A DNA stretch of 64,000 nucleotides from Macrostomum hystrix (Eukaryota; Animalia; Platyhelminthes): the NCBI GenBank assembly GCA_950097015.1, contig CATNEN010000027.1, positions 62,001 through 126,000 on the forward strand. Reading direction: 5' to 3'. The translations under genes were made by a program, and so were the position numbers. Positions 47,265 through 59,533 of the stretch are shown here, piece after piece. Numbering within the stretch: the first letter of the stretch is position 1; the number at the start of each line of letters is the position of its first letter. The notes under the pieces are model-generated. The model saw only the letters and a program-made list of their open reading frames with translations. It was not told where the DNA came from and did not search any database.

Positions 47265-50200
47265 ATGAATCATCCAGCATCAACGGCTTACTCGCCAGTC
47301 CACTATCCAATGCTGACATATGGTCGGCTGTCACCTAGTGGTGGTCAGGGTCGGGCGAAATTCTCATACGGTGGCTATGGCCAATCAGAGCTAACTAGCA
47401 ACACTGTGATTGGTCAGGGACTTGGCTTTGATTATGGTCCTGTAAGCAGCACGGCTGGTTATGTTGTTAGCAGCTCTGGCTATCCACTAGGCAGTGCCAG
47501 CTATCCAATTAGCAGTGCTGGTTATCCAGTGACCAGTGGCGGTTATCCAGCTAGCAGTGCTGGTTATCCAGCTAGCAGTGCTGGTTATCCAGCTAGCAGT
47601 GCTGGTTATCCAGCTAGCAGTGCCGGCTATCCATTAAGCAGCGCCGGCTATGCAATTAGTACAGCGGGCTATCCTATTAGCAGCGCCTTCGCTGGTGGCA
47701 ATGTCTCCGCGCTGTGGCCAATTTCTCCATCGCATCAGCAAAGTTCAAGGCGGCCAGATCAGCAGCAGCCAATTTCTAGTGCCGCAGCTGCTACAGCTGC
47801 TTTGCAGCAAATGTACTTTAGCAGTGTTGCGGCCAGCTCAGCTGCTCAGCTGCCGCCGCCTCCTCTGCCCGCGCAGTCCCTTCATCAGCCGCCACCGGTC
47901 TCAATGTCAGTCGCTGTTTCCCAGTATGGAAACAACAGACAGCAACGTCAGCAGCAGCTGCAGGTGATTTGCTTGCTAATGAAGCTGTTTTGAAGCACTG
48001 CGGGTTGCGCTGATAGCTGATGGATTAGTGAACTCAATCTAACAGTGATGGAAAGTGAATTCAAAGTAACATTGATGGATAAGTGAATTCAACAAGGTAA
48101 TTAATGGATTAGTGAATTCAAGGTAACATTGACGGATAAGTGAATTCAAGGTAACGTTAATGGATTAGTGAACTTAAGGTAGCATTGATGGATTAGTGAA
48201 CGTGAACTCATTGTAACATTGATGGATTAGTGAACTCATTTTAACATTAATGGATCGCAGGATCAGTGAATTCAAGTTTAACTTAATGCATTAGTGGGTT
48301 CAGAGTCACAGTTCGCCAGCATACTAACAGTGGCCAGTTTGTTTGTTCCCAGCCGCAGCTGATGCCGGTGTCAATGTTTGGCAACAGCCTGCCGTTGAAC
48401 AGCGCAGGCGGGGCAAATTATCCCCGGCTTAGCTACGCGGTTGCAGGGCCGTCGGCCACCCAGCAGTACCAGGTGTCCTACGCGGCTAACAATCCGCGAA
48501 TGTACGGCGCCTTCCCAGTTGGCGGCTATCGGCCAATGTCGGCTAATCGCGACGAAGACGAAGCTGGGGGCGGCACGATGAACAAGCCGAAGACTCCCAT
48601 GGCTCAGTTGAATGAGATAGCCAAGCACAATCGCGTGTCGACTCAGTACATTCTAATTGACGAGCAGGGCCCGGCGCATCGGAAAACTTTCTTCATTAAG
48701 CTGCGCTTCGGTCGGGAAGAATATCAGGTGTGTAGCTGATAATCAACTGATAGCTGATTGCTGATAATACCAGGCGTAGCAACAAGCGCTACACAACTGG
48801 TATAGATACAGGTGTTGATAATATTAATAATAATAATTGCAGGAGGGCTGCAGGCAATGGCACATCATTTGGTGACACTAGACCTTCAGCCAGCGAGGAG
48901 GCAATTCTGCCCATTTCGCTGACTCCTGAGCACACACTCACACAGATATCGTACGCAGGCACTCACTCACACAGGTGTGTACATCTGCCCTGGCTTTCTA
49001 ATTGTCAGGCAGTGTACACTTTCGCTGTTCCTTGGAGGTTGGCCCTCAAGAGAGTAAATTGCACGACATGCCCCCAACCCATAGCCTTCTCTCCGCGACT
49101 GCGTCCCAAAATGAATGTGGCCTCGCCGCGGAATCGAGCTCACGGACCTTGGTGCGAGAGGCAAACGCGTTAACCGCTCTGCCACTCACCCCCTTGGCTA
49201 CAGGTGTTACACAGGTATTACAAAACAAAACACTCATAGCTCCAGGTGTTATAAAATAAACACGTGTAGTAGGTTGAAGCCTAGTGGTTGGAGCGTCGGA
49301 CTCACGACTTTGAGGTCGGGGGTTCGATTCCCGACTCTACTGAAACAGTTTGTTGTCCTTTAGCAAGACATTTAACTCTGCATTGCTTCAGTTCACCCAG
49401 CTGTTAAATGGGTACCAGCATTAGCTGGGGTAACTTAGGGTGGGTGTGGCGTCCCACCAGTCCATGGACAGGCATAAAACAGGCATAGCTACAGGTGTTA
49501 AAATTATGAAACAGGCATAGCTACAGGTGTTAAAATTATGAAACAGGCATAGCTACAGGTGTTGAAATTATGAAACAGGCATAGCTACAGGTGTTGAAAT
49601 TATGAAACAGGCATAGCTACAGGTGTTGAAATTATTAAACAGGCATAGCTACAGGTGTTAAAATTATTAAACAGGCATAGCTACAGGTGTTACAATTATA
49701 AAACAGGCATAGCTACAGGTGTCAATCAAAGCTAATGACTCCCGTCGCAGGCATCCGGCCTGAGCATAAAGAAGGCGCAGCACTCAGCAGCGGAGCGCGC
49801 CCTGGAGGCCACCGCCTATCCGAGGCCGACTGCGCGCGACCTGCGCGAATTGGCCAAACGCCGGCGCGAGCTGCGCGCACTCGGACCGCCGCCAATTCTC
49901 GAATTGGGCTCCGTAGCTAGCAAACGCGGCGAGACCGCGCGCTACGAGACATTGTCGACTCCGCCGTCGCCGGCAGACGCTTCGCCAACAACGCCGACGC
50001 TGTCGCCGACGCTATTTTCCGTCCGGCTGACAGTTGGCGAGCGCAAATTCTTAGCTAACGGACCCAGCCTACATGCGGCCAGGCAGAATGCCGCTATCAA
50101 AGCCCTGCGCCTATTCAAATCCGAACAGTTCAACGGAGACGCCTCCCCAGTTTCGTCGGGCGCCGTTGTAGACTATGAAAACGGCGGCACATCCGAAGTC

Positions 50201-53200
50201 GACGCCGAAGAGGCCGGTCAGGACGAAGAAGACGACGACGAACGGCCGCCGGCGAATAAGTCGGATGTTTCTCTACTGTACGAGGTGGCCAATAAGCGTA
50301 GGTGGCGAGTTGAATTCGATTTGGAAACCGAGAATGGCCCGGCGCATATGAAGACTTTTCGCTACACTTGCCGAGTGGACGATTTGGTGTGCCAGGCTGA
50401 GGGCAAGAGCAAAATGACAGCTAAAAAGACCTGCGCCACAAAGATGCTGGAGCTGGTGCGAGAAAGACTGGGCGACGAGGCCTACGAGCAGACTGTGGCC
50501 ATGAAGTCAAAGAGTTACTATGCTAAAGCGTTCGACAATCGAAAGAAGACTAAAAATGTTATTAAAGAGCAGAAGGCTGATCCGCAGTACGGAAATCAGG
50601 TATAGTGCACTAGAGAACCATGATTTGGGGTCATGGTGGAGCAGAGAACCAGGTTTTAGGGCTACGGAGGACCAGAGAACCATGCTTTAGGGCTACGGAG
50701 GACCAGAGAACCATGCTTTAGGGCTACGGAGGACAAGAGAACCATGCTTTAGGGCTACGGAGGACAAGAGAACCATGCTTTAGGGCTACGGAGGACAAGA
50801 GAACCATGCTTTAGGGCTACGGAGGACAAGAGAACCATGCTTTAGGGCTACGGAGGACAAGAGAACCATGCTTTAGGGCTACGGAGGACAAGAGAACCAT
50901 GCTTTAGGGCTACGGAGGACCAGAGAACCATGCTTTAGGGCTACGGAGGACCAGAGAACCATGCTTTAGGGCTACGGAGGACAAGAGAACCATGCTTTAG
51001 GGCTACGGAGGACCAGAGAACCATGCTTTAGGGCTACGGAGGACAAGAGAACCATGCTTTAGGGCTACGGAGGACAAGAGAACCATGCTTTAGGGCTACG
51101 GAGGACCAGAGAATCATGCTTTAGGGCTACGGAGGACCAGAGAATCATGTTTTAGGGCTACGGAGGACCAGAGAACCATGTTTTAGGGCTACGGAGGACC
51201 AGAGAACCATGCTTTAGGGCTACGGAGGACCAGAGAACCATGTTTTAGGGCTACGGAGGACCAGAGAACCATGTTTTAGGGCTATGGAGGACCAGAGAAC
51301 CAGGTTTTAGGGCTACGGAGGACCAAAGAACCATGCTTTAGGGCTACGGAGGACCAGAGAATCATGTTTTAGGGCTACGGAGGACCAGAGAACCATGTTT
51401 TAGGGCTACGGAGGACCAGAGAACCATGTTTTAGGGCTACGGAGGAGCAGAGAACCATGCTTTAGGGCTACGGAGGACCAGAGAACCATGCTTTAGGGCT
51501 ACGGAGGACCAGAGAACCATGCTTTAGGGCTACGGAGGACCAGAGAATCATGTTTTAGGGCTACGGAGGACCACAGAACCAGATTTTAGGGCTACGGAGG
51601 ACCAGAGAACCATGTTTTAGGGCTACGGAGGACCAGAGAACCATGTTTTAGGGCTATGGTGGACCAGAGAACCAGGTTTTAGGGCTACGGAGGACGGAGA
51701 ACCAGGTTGTGAGTCTTGGCAGATGAGAGTCATGTTTCTGAGCAGTGATGGACCAGAAGTATGAACAGAGGACAGAGGTTGAACAGTCAGGTTGACACTC
51801 CTTCACACCCGCAGGTGAATCCAATCAGTCGCCTGATCCAGATCACCCAGGCTCGCAAGCAGAAGGATCCAGTGTATTCTCTGTCGCAGGACCGGCCTAC
51901 AGGCGGCGGCTACAGTCGGCATAGAGAGTATCACATCGACTGTCACCTGCCCAGCACAGGCGAGCGAAGCCGCGGCATCGGCCCGAATAAGAAGCTGGCC
52001 AAACGTGTGGCTGCCGAGGCAATGCTGGAGCTCATGGGCTACCGGCGACACGATCCGCCTGTGCCGCGCAAATCGGCATTGAAAACTGCGCCAACGCAGC
52101 CGCAGCCAGCTCTGACGCCGACCGCCGCCGCCATGGCAATCGATGCATCAGATGCTGCCGCCGTGGCCGCCGCCTCCGCCGCCGTCGCTGCAGCCGTCTC
52201 GCCTGGCATCGGTGGCTGCAACAAGAAGGTCGCGATTGCGTCGGCTCGCGGCACACTGGGCGGCGAGGGCCTGCCGGCGTTGCCCAACCACACCGACCTG
52301 CCAATGTCTACGCTGGGTCGCATCGCCCGGGAATTGCTGACCGAGGGCCAGTCCCTGACTGCCGAGTCCATCAATCCAGGCGCCGCCTGTCTCCGTGGTC
52401 GTCACAGGCCGAAGGCCCAACTGCTCTACCTGTGCGAAGCTGCGGGCTGCTCGCTGGAGTTTGCCGATTCTGCCAGACAGCAGGAGCACGGACGGACTTT
52501 GTACAGCTCCAAGGTGCTTGTTGGAGTGCAGGTGAGGCTTTATAACTACTGAATTCGCTCGTTGAAGCGGCTTCCAGTCCAGATAACTTTATAGTGATCT
52601 CCAATCAGATATCCTCTGATCCCAATCAGATAATCCTCTGATTTTATGATCAGAGATTCTAATCTGATCCCAATCAGAAAATCCTCTGATCCCAATCTGA
52701 TCCCAATCACAGATCCCAATCTGATCCCAATCACAGATCCCAATCTGATCCCAATCACAGTTCCCAATCTGATCCCAATCACAGTTCCCAATCTGATCCC
52801 AATCAGAGATTCCAATCTGATCCCAATCAGATAATCCTCTGATCCCAATCTGATCCCAATCACAGATCCCAATCTGATCACAATCACAGATCCCAATCTG
52901 ATCCCAATCACAGATCCCAATCTGATCCCAATCACAGATCCCAATCTGATCCCAATCACAGATCCCAATCTGATCCCAATCACAGTTCCCAATCTGATCC
53001 CAATCAGAGATTCCAATCTGATCACAATAAGAGATCCTCTAATTTCAATCCCAGATCCTCTAATTCCAATCACAGATGCTCTAATTCCAATCCCAGATAC
53101 TCTAATTCCAATCCCAGATACTCTAATTCCAATCCCAGATACTCTAATTCCAATCCCAGATACTCTAATTCCAATCCCAGATACTCTAATTCCAATCCCA

Positions 53201-53791
53201 GATACTCTAATTCCAATCCCAGATACTCTAATTCCAATCCCAGATACTCTAATTCCAATCCCAGATACTCTAATTCCAATCCCAGATACTCTAATTCCAA
53301 TCCCAGATACTCTAATTCCAATCCCAGATACTCTAATTCCAATCCCAGATACTCTAATTCCAATCCCAGATACTCTAATTCCAATCCCAGATACTCTAAT
53401 TCCAATCCCAGATACTCTAATTCCAATCCCAGATACTCTAATTCCAATCCCAGATACTCTAATTCCAATCCCAGATACTCTAATTCCAATCCCAGATACT
53501 CTAATTCCAATCCCAGATACTCTAATTCCAATCCCAGATACTCTAATTCCAATCCCAAACAGATAGCCTCTGATCCTAATTCCAAATTCATAAGCGCACT
53601 CCGTGAACCCTCCCAACCCGCAGGGCCGCCTTCCGGACCTCTCCGCCGAGTGCGACAGCGTGGAAGGAGCCCACGATGCGGCTGCCACTCTGGCGCTGGA
53701 GAAGCTGGCGCAGCTGGCTTTAACGGCGCAGCAGCCGGCGCCGCCAGCCGTTGACGATGCGGCAGCGGTGACGGCTGCGGTTTCCGCTTAA
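47265..53791 (+). CDS. stau: Staufen dsRNA-binding protein, about 935 aa; exons 47265-47963, 48353-48727, 49751-50599, 51815-52531, 53624-53791
   Basis: dsRBD1 (KTPMAQLNE...GPAH), split dsRBD2 with a Pro-rich insert, dsRBD3, dsRBD4 (VNPISRLIQI...GPNKKLAKR), Staufen-swapping motif (RIARELL..G.S.TAE), dsRBD5. All introns are phase 0 GT-AG. An alternative in-frame acceptor is possible at 48359. The start codon is the first ATG after the acceptor at 47228. Confidence 0.92.
48020..48300. repeat. Degenerate repeat of about 27 bp (acattgatggattagtgaattcaaggta), staufen intron 1
   Basis: Repeated gatggattagtgaa core. Confidence 0.8.
48853..49190 (-). mobile_element. tRNA-derived SINE family A, near full length, staufen intron 2
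   Basis: Reverse complement colinear with 7647-7980; (TTA)n-like tail at about 48820-48838. Confidence 0.85.
49267..49465 (+). mobile_element. tRNA-derived SINE family B with a CORE-like central domain
   Basis: A box agcctagtggttggagc, B box gggttcgattccc, then gtcctttagcaagacatttaactct...cacccagctgttaaatgggtacc, which resembles CORE-SINE central domains. Confidence 0.75.
49468..49722. repeat. 32-bp minisatellite (acaggcatagctacaggtgttaaaattatgaa), about 8 copies, staufen intron 2
   Basis: Period 32 (49511, 49543). Confidence 0.93.
50610..51710. repeat. 31-bp minisatellite (agagaaccatgctttagggctacggaggacc), about 35 copies, staufen intron 3
   Basis: Direct tandem repetition. Confidence 0.96.
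52590..53590. repeat. Two adjacent related arrays (24-bp gatcccaatctgatcccaatcaca; 21-bp gatactctaattccaatccca), staufen intron 4
   Basis: Direct tandem repetition; explains the GIRVS and LELEY pseudo-ORFs. Confidence 0.95.
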
Positions 53792-54104
53792 CAATTTTCG
53801 TCTCTCCTATTTTGCTTGTAGATTCAGCTTTAAAAGCCTGCGTATTAACTCTGAGTGTTGCAACTTGAACTGGCTGTAGTTAGTAGGCGAAAAATGCAGA
53901 ATTTTTTGTTACTTCTATGACTTATTTGTGTTTTGTTTATTCTGATAACTATTGTCATGGTTTTATGCGTCTGTATGATTGACATAGAGATGGACCTGCC
54001 TTGCAATTTTTATAGACTTTGATCCCATCCAGGGATCATTTTGAGGATAACAATATTATCACTGAATCGCTGTGGGATAAAAATCCTATGCTAGAATCTA
54101 AGTG

Positions 54105-56750
54105 ATAAAAATCCCATTCTAGAGTCACTTTGCCTTAATAATCCCACCCAAGAATCGCTAATACATAAAAAATCCCATTCTAGAGTCACTTTGCCTTAAT
54201 AATCCCATCCAAGAATCGCTAATACATAAAAAATCCCATTCTAGAGTCACTTTGCCTTAATAATCCCATCCAAGAATCGCTAATACATAAAAAATCCCAT
54301 TCTAGAGACACTTTGCCTTAATAATCCCATCCAAGAATCGCTAATACATAAAAAATCCCATTCTAGAGTCACTTTGCCTTAATAATCCCATCCAAGAATC
54401 GCTAATACATAAAAAATCCCATTCTAGAGTCACTTTGCCTTAATAATCCCATCCAAGAATCGCTAATACATAAAAAATCCCATTCTAGAGTCACTTAGCC
54501 TTAATAATCCCATCCAAGAATCGCTAATACATAAAGAATCCCATTCTAGAGTCACTTTGCCTTAATAATCCCATCCAAGAATCGCTAATACATAAAAAAT
54601 CCCATTCTAGAGTCACTTTGCCTTAATAATCCCATCCAAGAATCGCTAATACATAAAAAATCCCATTCTAGAGTCACTTTGCCTTAATAATCCCATCCAA
54701 GAATCGCTAATACATAAAAAATCCCATTCTAGAGTCACTTAGCCTTAATAATCCCATCCAAGAATCGCTAATACATAAAAAATCCCATTCTAGAGTCACT
54801 TTGCCTTAATAATCCCATCCAAGAATCGCTAATACATAAAAAATCCCATTCTAGAGTCACTTTGCCTTAATAATCCCATCCAAGAATCGCTAATACATAA
54901 AAAATCCCATTCTAGAGTCACTTAGCCTTAATAATCCCATCCAAGAATCGCTAATACATAAAGAATCCCATTCTAGAGTCACTTTGCCTTAATAATCCCA
55001 TCCAAGAATCGCTAATACATAAAAAATCCCATTCTAGAGTCACTTAGCCTTAATAATCCCATCCAAGAATCGCTAATACATAAAGAATCCCATTCTAGAG
55101 TCACTTTGCCTTAATAATCCCATCCAAGAATCGCTAATACATAAAAAATCCCATTCTAGAGTCACTTTGCCTTAATAATCCCATCCAAGAATCGCTAATA
55201 CATAAAAAATCCCATTCTAGAGTCACTTAGCCTTAATAATCCCATCCAAGAATCGCTAATACATAAAAAATCCCATTCTAGAGTCACTTTGTCTTAATAA
55301 TCCCATCCAAGAATCGCTAGTACATAAAAAATCCCATTCTAGAGTCACTTTGCCTTAATAATCCCATCCAAGAATCGCTAGTACATAAAAAATCCCATTC
55401 TAGAGTCACTTTGCCTTAATAATCCCATCCAAGAATCGCTAGTACATAATAAATCCCATTCTAGAGTCACTTTGCCTTAATAATCCCATCCAAGAATCGC
55501 TAGTACATAAAAAATCCCATTCTAGAGTCACTTTGTCTTAATAATCCCATCCAAGAATCGCTAATACATAAAAAATCCCATTCTAGAGTCACTTTGCCTT
55601 AATAATCCCATCCAAGAATCGCTAATACATAAAAAATCCCATTCTAGAGTCACTTTGCCTTAATAATCCCATCCAAGAATCGCTAATACATAAAAAATCC
55701 CATTCTAGAGTCACTTTGCCTTAATAATCCCATCCAAGAATCGCTAATACATAAAAAATCCCATTCTAGAGTCACTTAGCCTTAATAATCCCATCCAAGA
55801 ATCGCTAATACATAAAAAATCCCATTCTAGAGTCACTTAGCCTTAATAATCCCATCCAAGAATCGCTAATACATAAAAAATCCCATTCTAGAGTCACTTA
55901 GCCTTAATAATCCCATCCAAGAATCGCTAATACATAAAAAATCCCATTCTAGAGTCACTTTGCCTTAATAATCCCATCCAAGAATCGCTAATACATAAAA
56001 AATCCCATTCTAGAGTCACTTTGCCTTAATAATCCCATCCAAGAATCGCTAATACATAAAAAATCCCATTCTAGAGTCACTTTGCCTTAATAATCCCATC
56101 CAAGAATCGCTAATACATAAAAAATCCCATTCTAGAGACACTTTGCCTTAATAATCCCATCCAAGAATCGCTAATACATAAAAAATCCCATTCTAGAGTC
56201 ACTTTGCCTTAATAATCCCATCCAAGAATCGCTAATACATAAAAAATCCCATTCTAGAGTCACTTTGCCTTAATAATCCCATCCAAGAATCGCTAATACA
56301 TAAAAAATCCCATTCTAGAGACACTTTGCCTTAATAATCCCATCCAAGAATCGCTAATACATAATAAATCCCATTCTAGAGTCACTTTGCCTTAATAATC
56401 CCATCCAAGAATCGCTAATACATAAAAAATCCCATTCTAGAGTCACTTTGCCTTAATAATCCCATCCAAGAATCGCTAATACATAAAAAATCCCATTCTA
56501 GAGTCACTTTGCCTTAATAATCCCATCCAAGAATCGCTAATACATAAAAAATCCCATTCTAGAGTCACTTTGCCTTAATAATCCCATCCAAGAATCGCTA
56601 ATACATAAAAAATCCCATTCTAGAGTCACTTTGCCTTAATAATCCCATCCAAGAATCGCTAGTACATAAAAAATCCCATTCTAGAGTCACTTAGCCTTAA
56701 TAATCCCATCCAAGAATCGCTAATACATAAAAAATCCCATTCTAGAATTG
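54105..56750. repeat. 61-bp satellite, about 43 highly homogeneous copies
   Basis: Period 61 (54121, 54182); each unit contains TCTAGA. Confidence 0.97.
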
Positions 56751-57349
56751 CTTATGGATAATAATTTCGTCTTAGAATCGAATATGGTTGAAAATCCCAA
56801 CTTAGGGAATTCATTTTGGAAGATAGTGAGTGATCCTGTTATTTTTGTGCATTCATCGTCTTGGGATAATTATCCTGTCATAAATCAATTGAGTTTAGCA
56901 AATCTATTTTTAGCGAAACTAAGAACAAGTTATCTTGGCTACAATTATTGTCAACTGATCGTTGTACCTTAGTTAGGATCCCTTGATATTCCTCTTCTGC
57001 TTTGGTCCAATTAATTATGTACGCCAACACGTGTGGCTGGCATTTTTTCGCAGAAGTGTTTTACAGTTCGTGTGTCTGTGCGCGCGCGCTTCGCACAGCA
57101 GTTTCCAGCTAGCCTTTATAGGGCTCGTGTTGCATACCCACTCTTTTTCCGTTTTTGCTATTTGAATTGCTAGCATTGATGTCATACTCTACTTGAGATG
57201 GAAATGAATCACGCACATTCTGTAATCATTAAATACTTCTGTCTACTATCCATAAATGTATGCTTTTTTCAACTATGTATTTGACAACTGTTTGCCCTAA
57301 ATCCAATGACAGCACTTTGAATCTCTGCTCGACCTAAATCCCAATTAAA

Positions 57350-57750
57350 ATTAACCCTAAATCCTCACTGAGAATCGTCTTAAATCGTCATTGAGAATGG
57401 TCCTAATCCCAACTGAGAATCGCCTAAATTCCCACTGAGAATCGTCCTAAATCCTCATTGAGAATCGTCTTAAATCCCCACTGAGAATCGTCCTAAATCC
57501 TCGTTGAGAATCGTCCTAAATCCTCCTTCAGAATAGTCCTAAATCCCCGCTGAGAATCGTCCTAAATCCCTACTGAGAATCGTCCTAAATTCCCACTGAG
57601 AATCGTCCTAAATCCCCACTGAGAATCGTCCTAAATTCCCACTGAGAATCGTCCTAAATCCTCGTTGAGAATCGTCCTAAATTCCCACTGAGAATCGTCC
57701 TAAATCCTCGTTGAGAATCGTCATAAATCCTAATTGAGAATCGTCCTAAA
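57350..57750. repeat. 23-bp minisatellite (ctgagaatcgtcctaaatcccca), about 17 copies
   Basis: Period 23 (57551, 57574). Confidence 0.93.
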
Positions 57751-59533
57751 TCCCTATATAATATACAGTATAGGATTGTGTTGCTTTTTGCGTTTTTTGT
57801 TCCTTTGCTTAAGCGAATCGAATGGTTTAATTGTGAATTGTATTGCTTTTTTTCATTCAAAATAAGGTACTGAATAAAGATCTTATTGTTTGGCTTTTTT
57901 ATTTAGTCAAAAGCTTTCCTAATTCACACAGGTTAATAAATGTTTTCTTACACTTTTCGTAGGTATCAAGTGTCTTAATTCAAGTCAGATATATTTTTAA
58001 TTCAGTTTTTGTAGTACATCAGTTATTTATTAACAGTGATTGGAAATTGAAAATAAATGGCAGATTCGTGCTCCAGCGACTCGCAGTTTGGAGTTTATTT
58101 GTTTTACTCTCTTGCGTTACCTTTTTGACTTCAGTGTGTTTGTCTTGATATAGACGATATAAAATATTATTTCTTTGCCGCACAATAGAGAGACAATTCA
58201 GAGAAATCTCACTCAACTGTTTGTTTAATTGCTTAAAAATGCTTTTGTCTGTTCTTAATGCTCCATATATATGTTTGTGTATTTACTCCCAAACAAGATT
58301 ATGGATAGTAAATTGTAGGTTCTGTGTAAAGTTTAACTGCAAGACTTCATAGTTGAACATCAATTTAGCGATTTTTACATTTCTAATGGATAATAATTAT
58401 TGCGTCATTTCTAATTAGTTTCATTAATTTGTCTTTGTTTTGTCTGGCTGAATTCACAGTTTTTTCATTAATACTACTAGTAGTACCGTAAAACTGCTAA
58501 CTAAGCTGAGACCCAATAAATTATGTCTGTGTGATAAGAACCACATTTGCCGTAAAGGTTTAACTACAATTGGCTACTGCAAGCAAATCGTTTTTGTATA
58601 TTATTTTCACCTTCATCTGCTAATCAGCAGATTAAGAGATAGTGTTATCTGCTAATTGGTGCAGGGGGGCTGACAGGCGTTATGTACAAATTGGTGGAAT
58701 ATTCTGTGAGATGTTATCTACTAATTGATCTAAGGTGCTGTCAGGTATTTATCTACTAATTGAGGGAGGTTGTCGTCAGGTTTATTTACTTATTGGCTTT
58801 GTTGTCATATGTACTGAGGGTTCAAGCACTTATCACAAATGAATGCATTTAGAAAAAGAGCATTGTACATTCGCATGACTTTGCTAGTATATAGCATTAC
58901 ATAATAACCATTTATGAAGGTATTATTACTTAATTAGTTGTTTATTTTATTTACGAGCGTATTGTTAAGGAGAGAAAGTAGATTTTCTAACAAAAATTTA
59001 ATCTGCCCTTCCATTTGTTATACAAAATAACTTGATTTTGTACTGTTAAAAGCGAGATACTCTTCAGCTTCACTGAATTGATTGTTATGTACTTTATTGC
59101 AGATGAAGATGAGGTGTTCGTGTGATGGTCATGGCGATTTTAAATGCAACATAAAGTGAAAATGATGCTCAGCAAAAATGTAAAGTCGAAGGGTGATTGA
59201 CGATGATTTTTACACTTACTAAATGAGACTCTGCACTCGAGATCGTAATTTGCAAGCAAAAATAATTGTAACGGTTAGCAAAAAGAAGCAAAAAAAGCTG
59301 ACGTCATTACAAAATAAATGTCGTATTCTTAAACGAGCGAGCTTAAATATATGGGTGATGGGTTATTTATTAACGGCTTTTAATGTATCATCAAATATAT
59401 AAGAATATTAGTTTGAGTTTAGCTTCGCTAAGACGTATAGGAGAGTCTGGGATTTCCAAGAATCACGATTTTAGGCATGCCTGCACTTCAAAACGCACAG
59501 TTAATTAACAATGTGCATGCCCTGCAATCTGCT

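Noticed and set aside
52546-53688. 380-aa GIRVS and 173-aa LELEY ORFs
   Set aside because: Array translations antisense to staufen intron 4 and exon 5.
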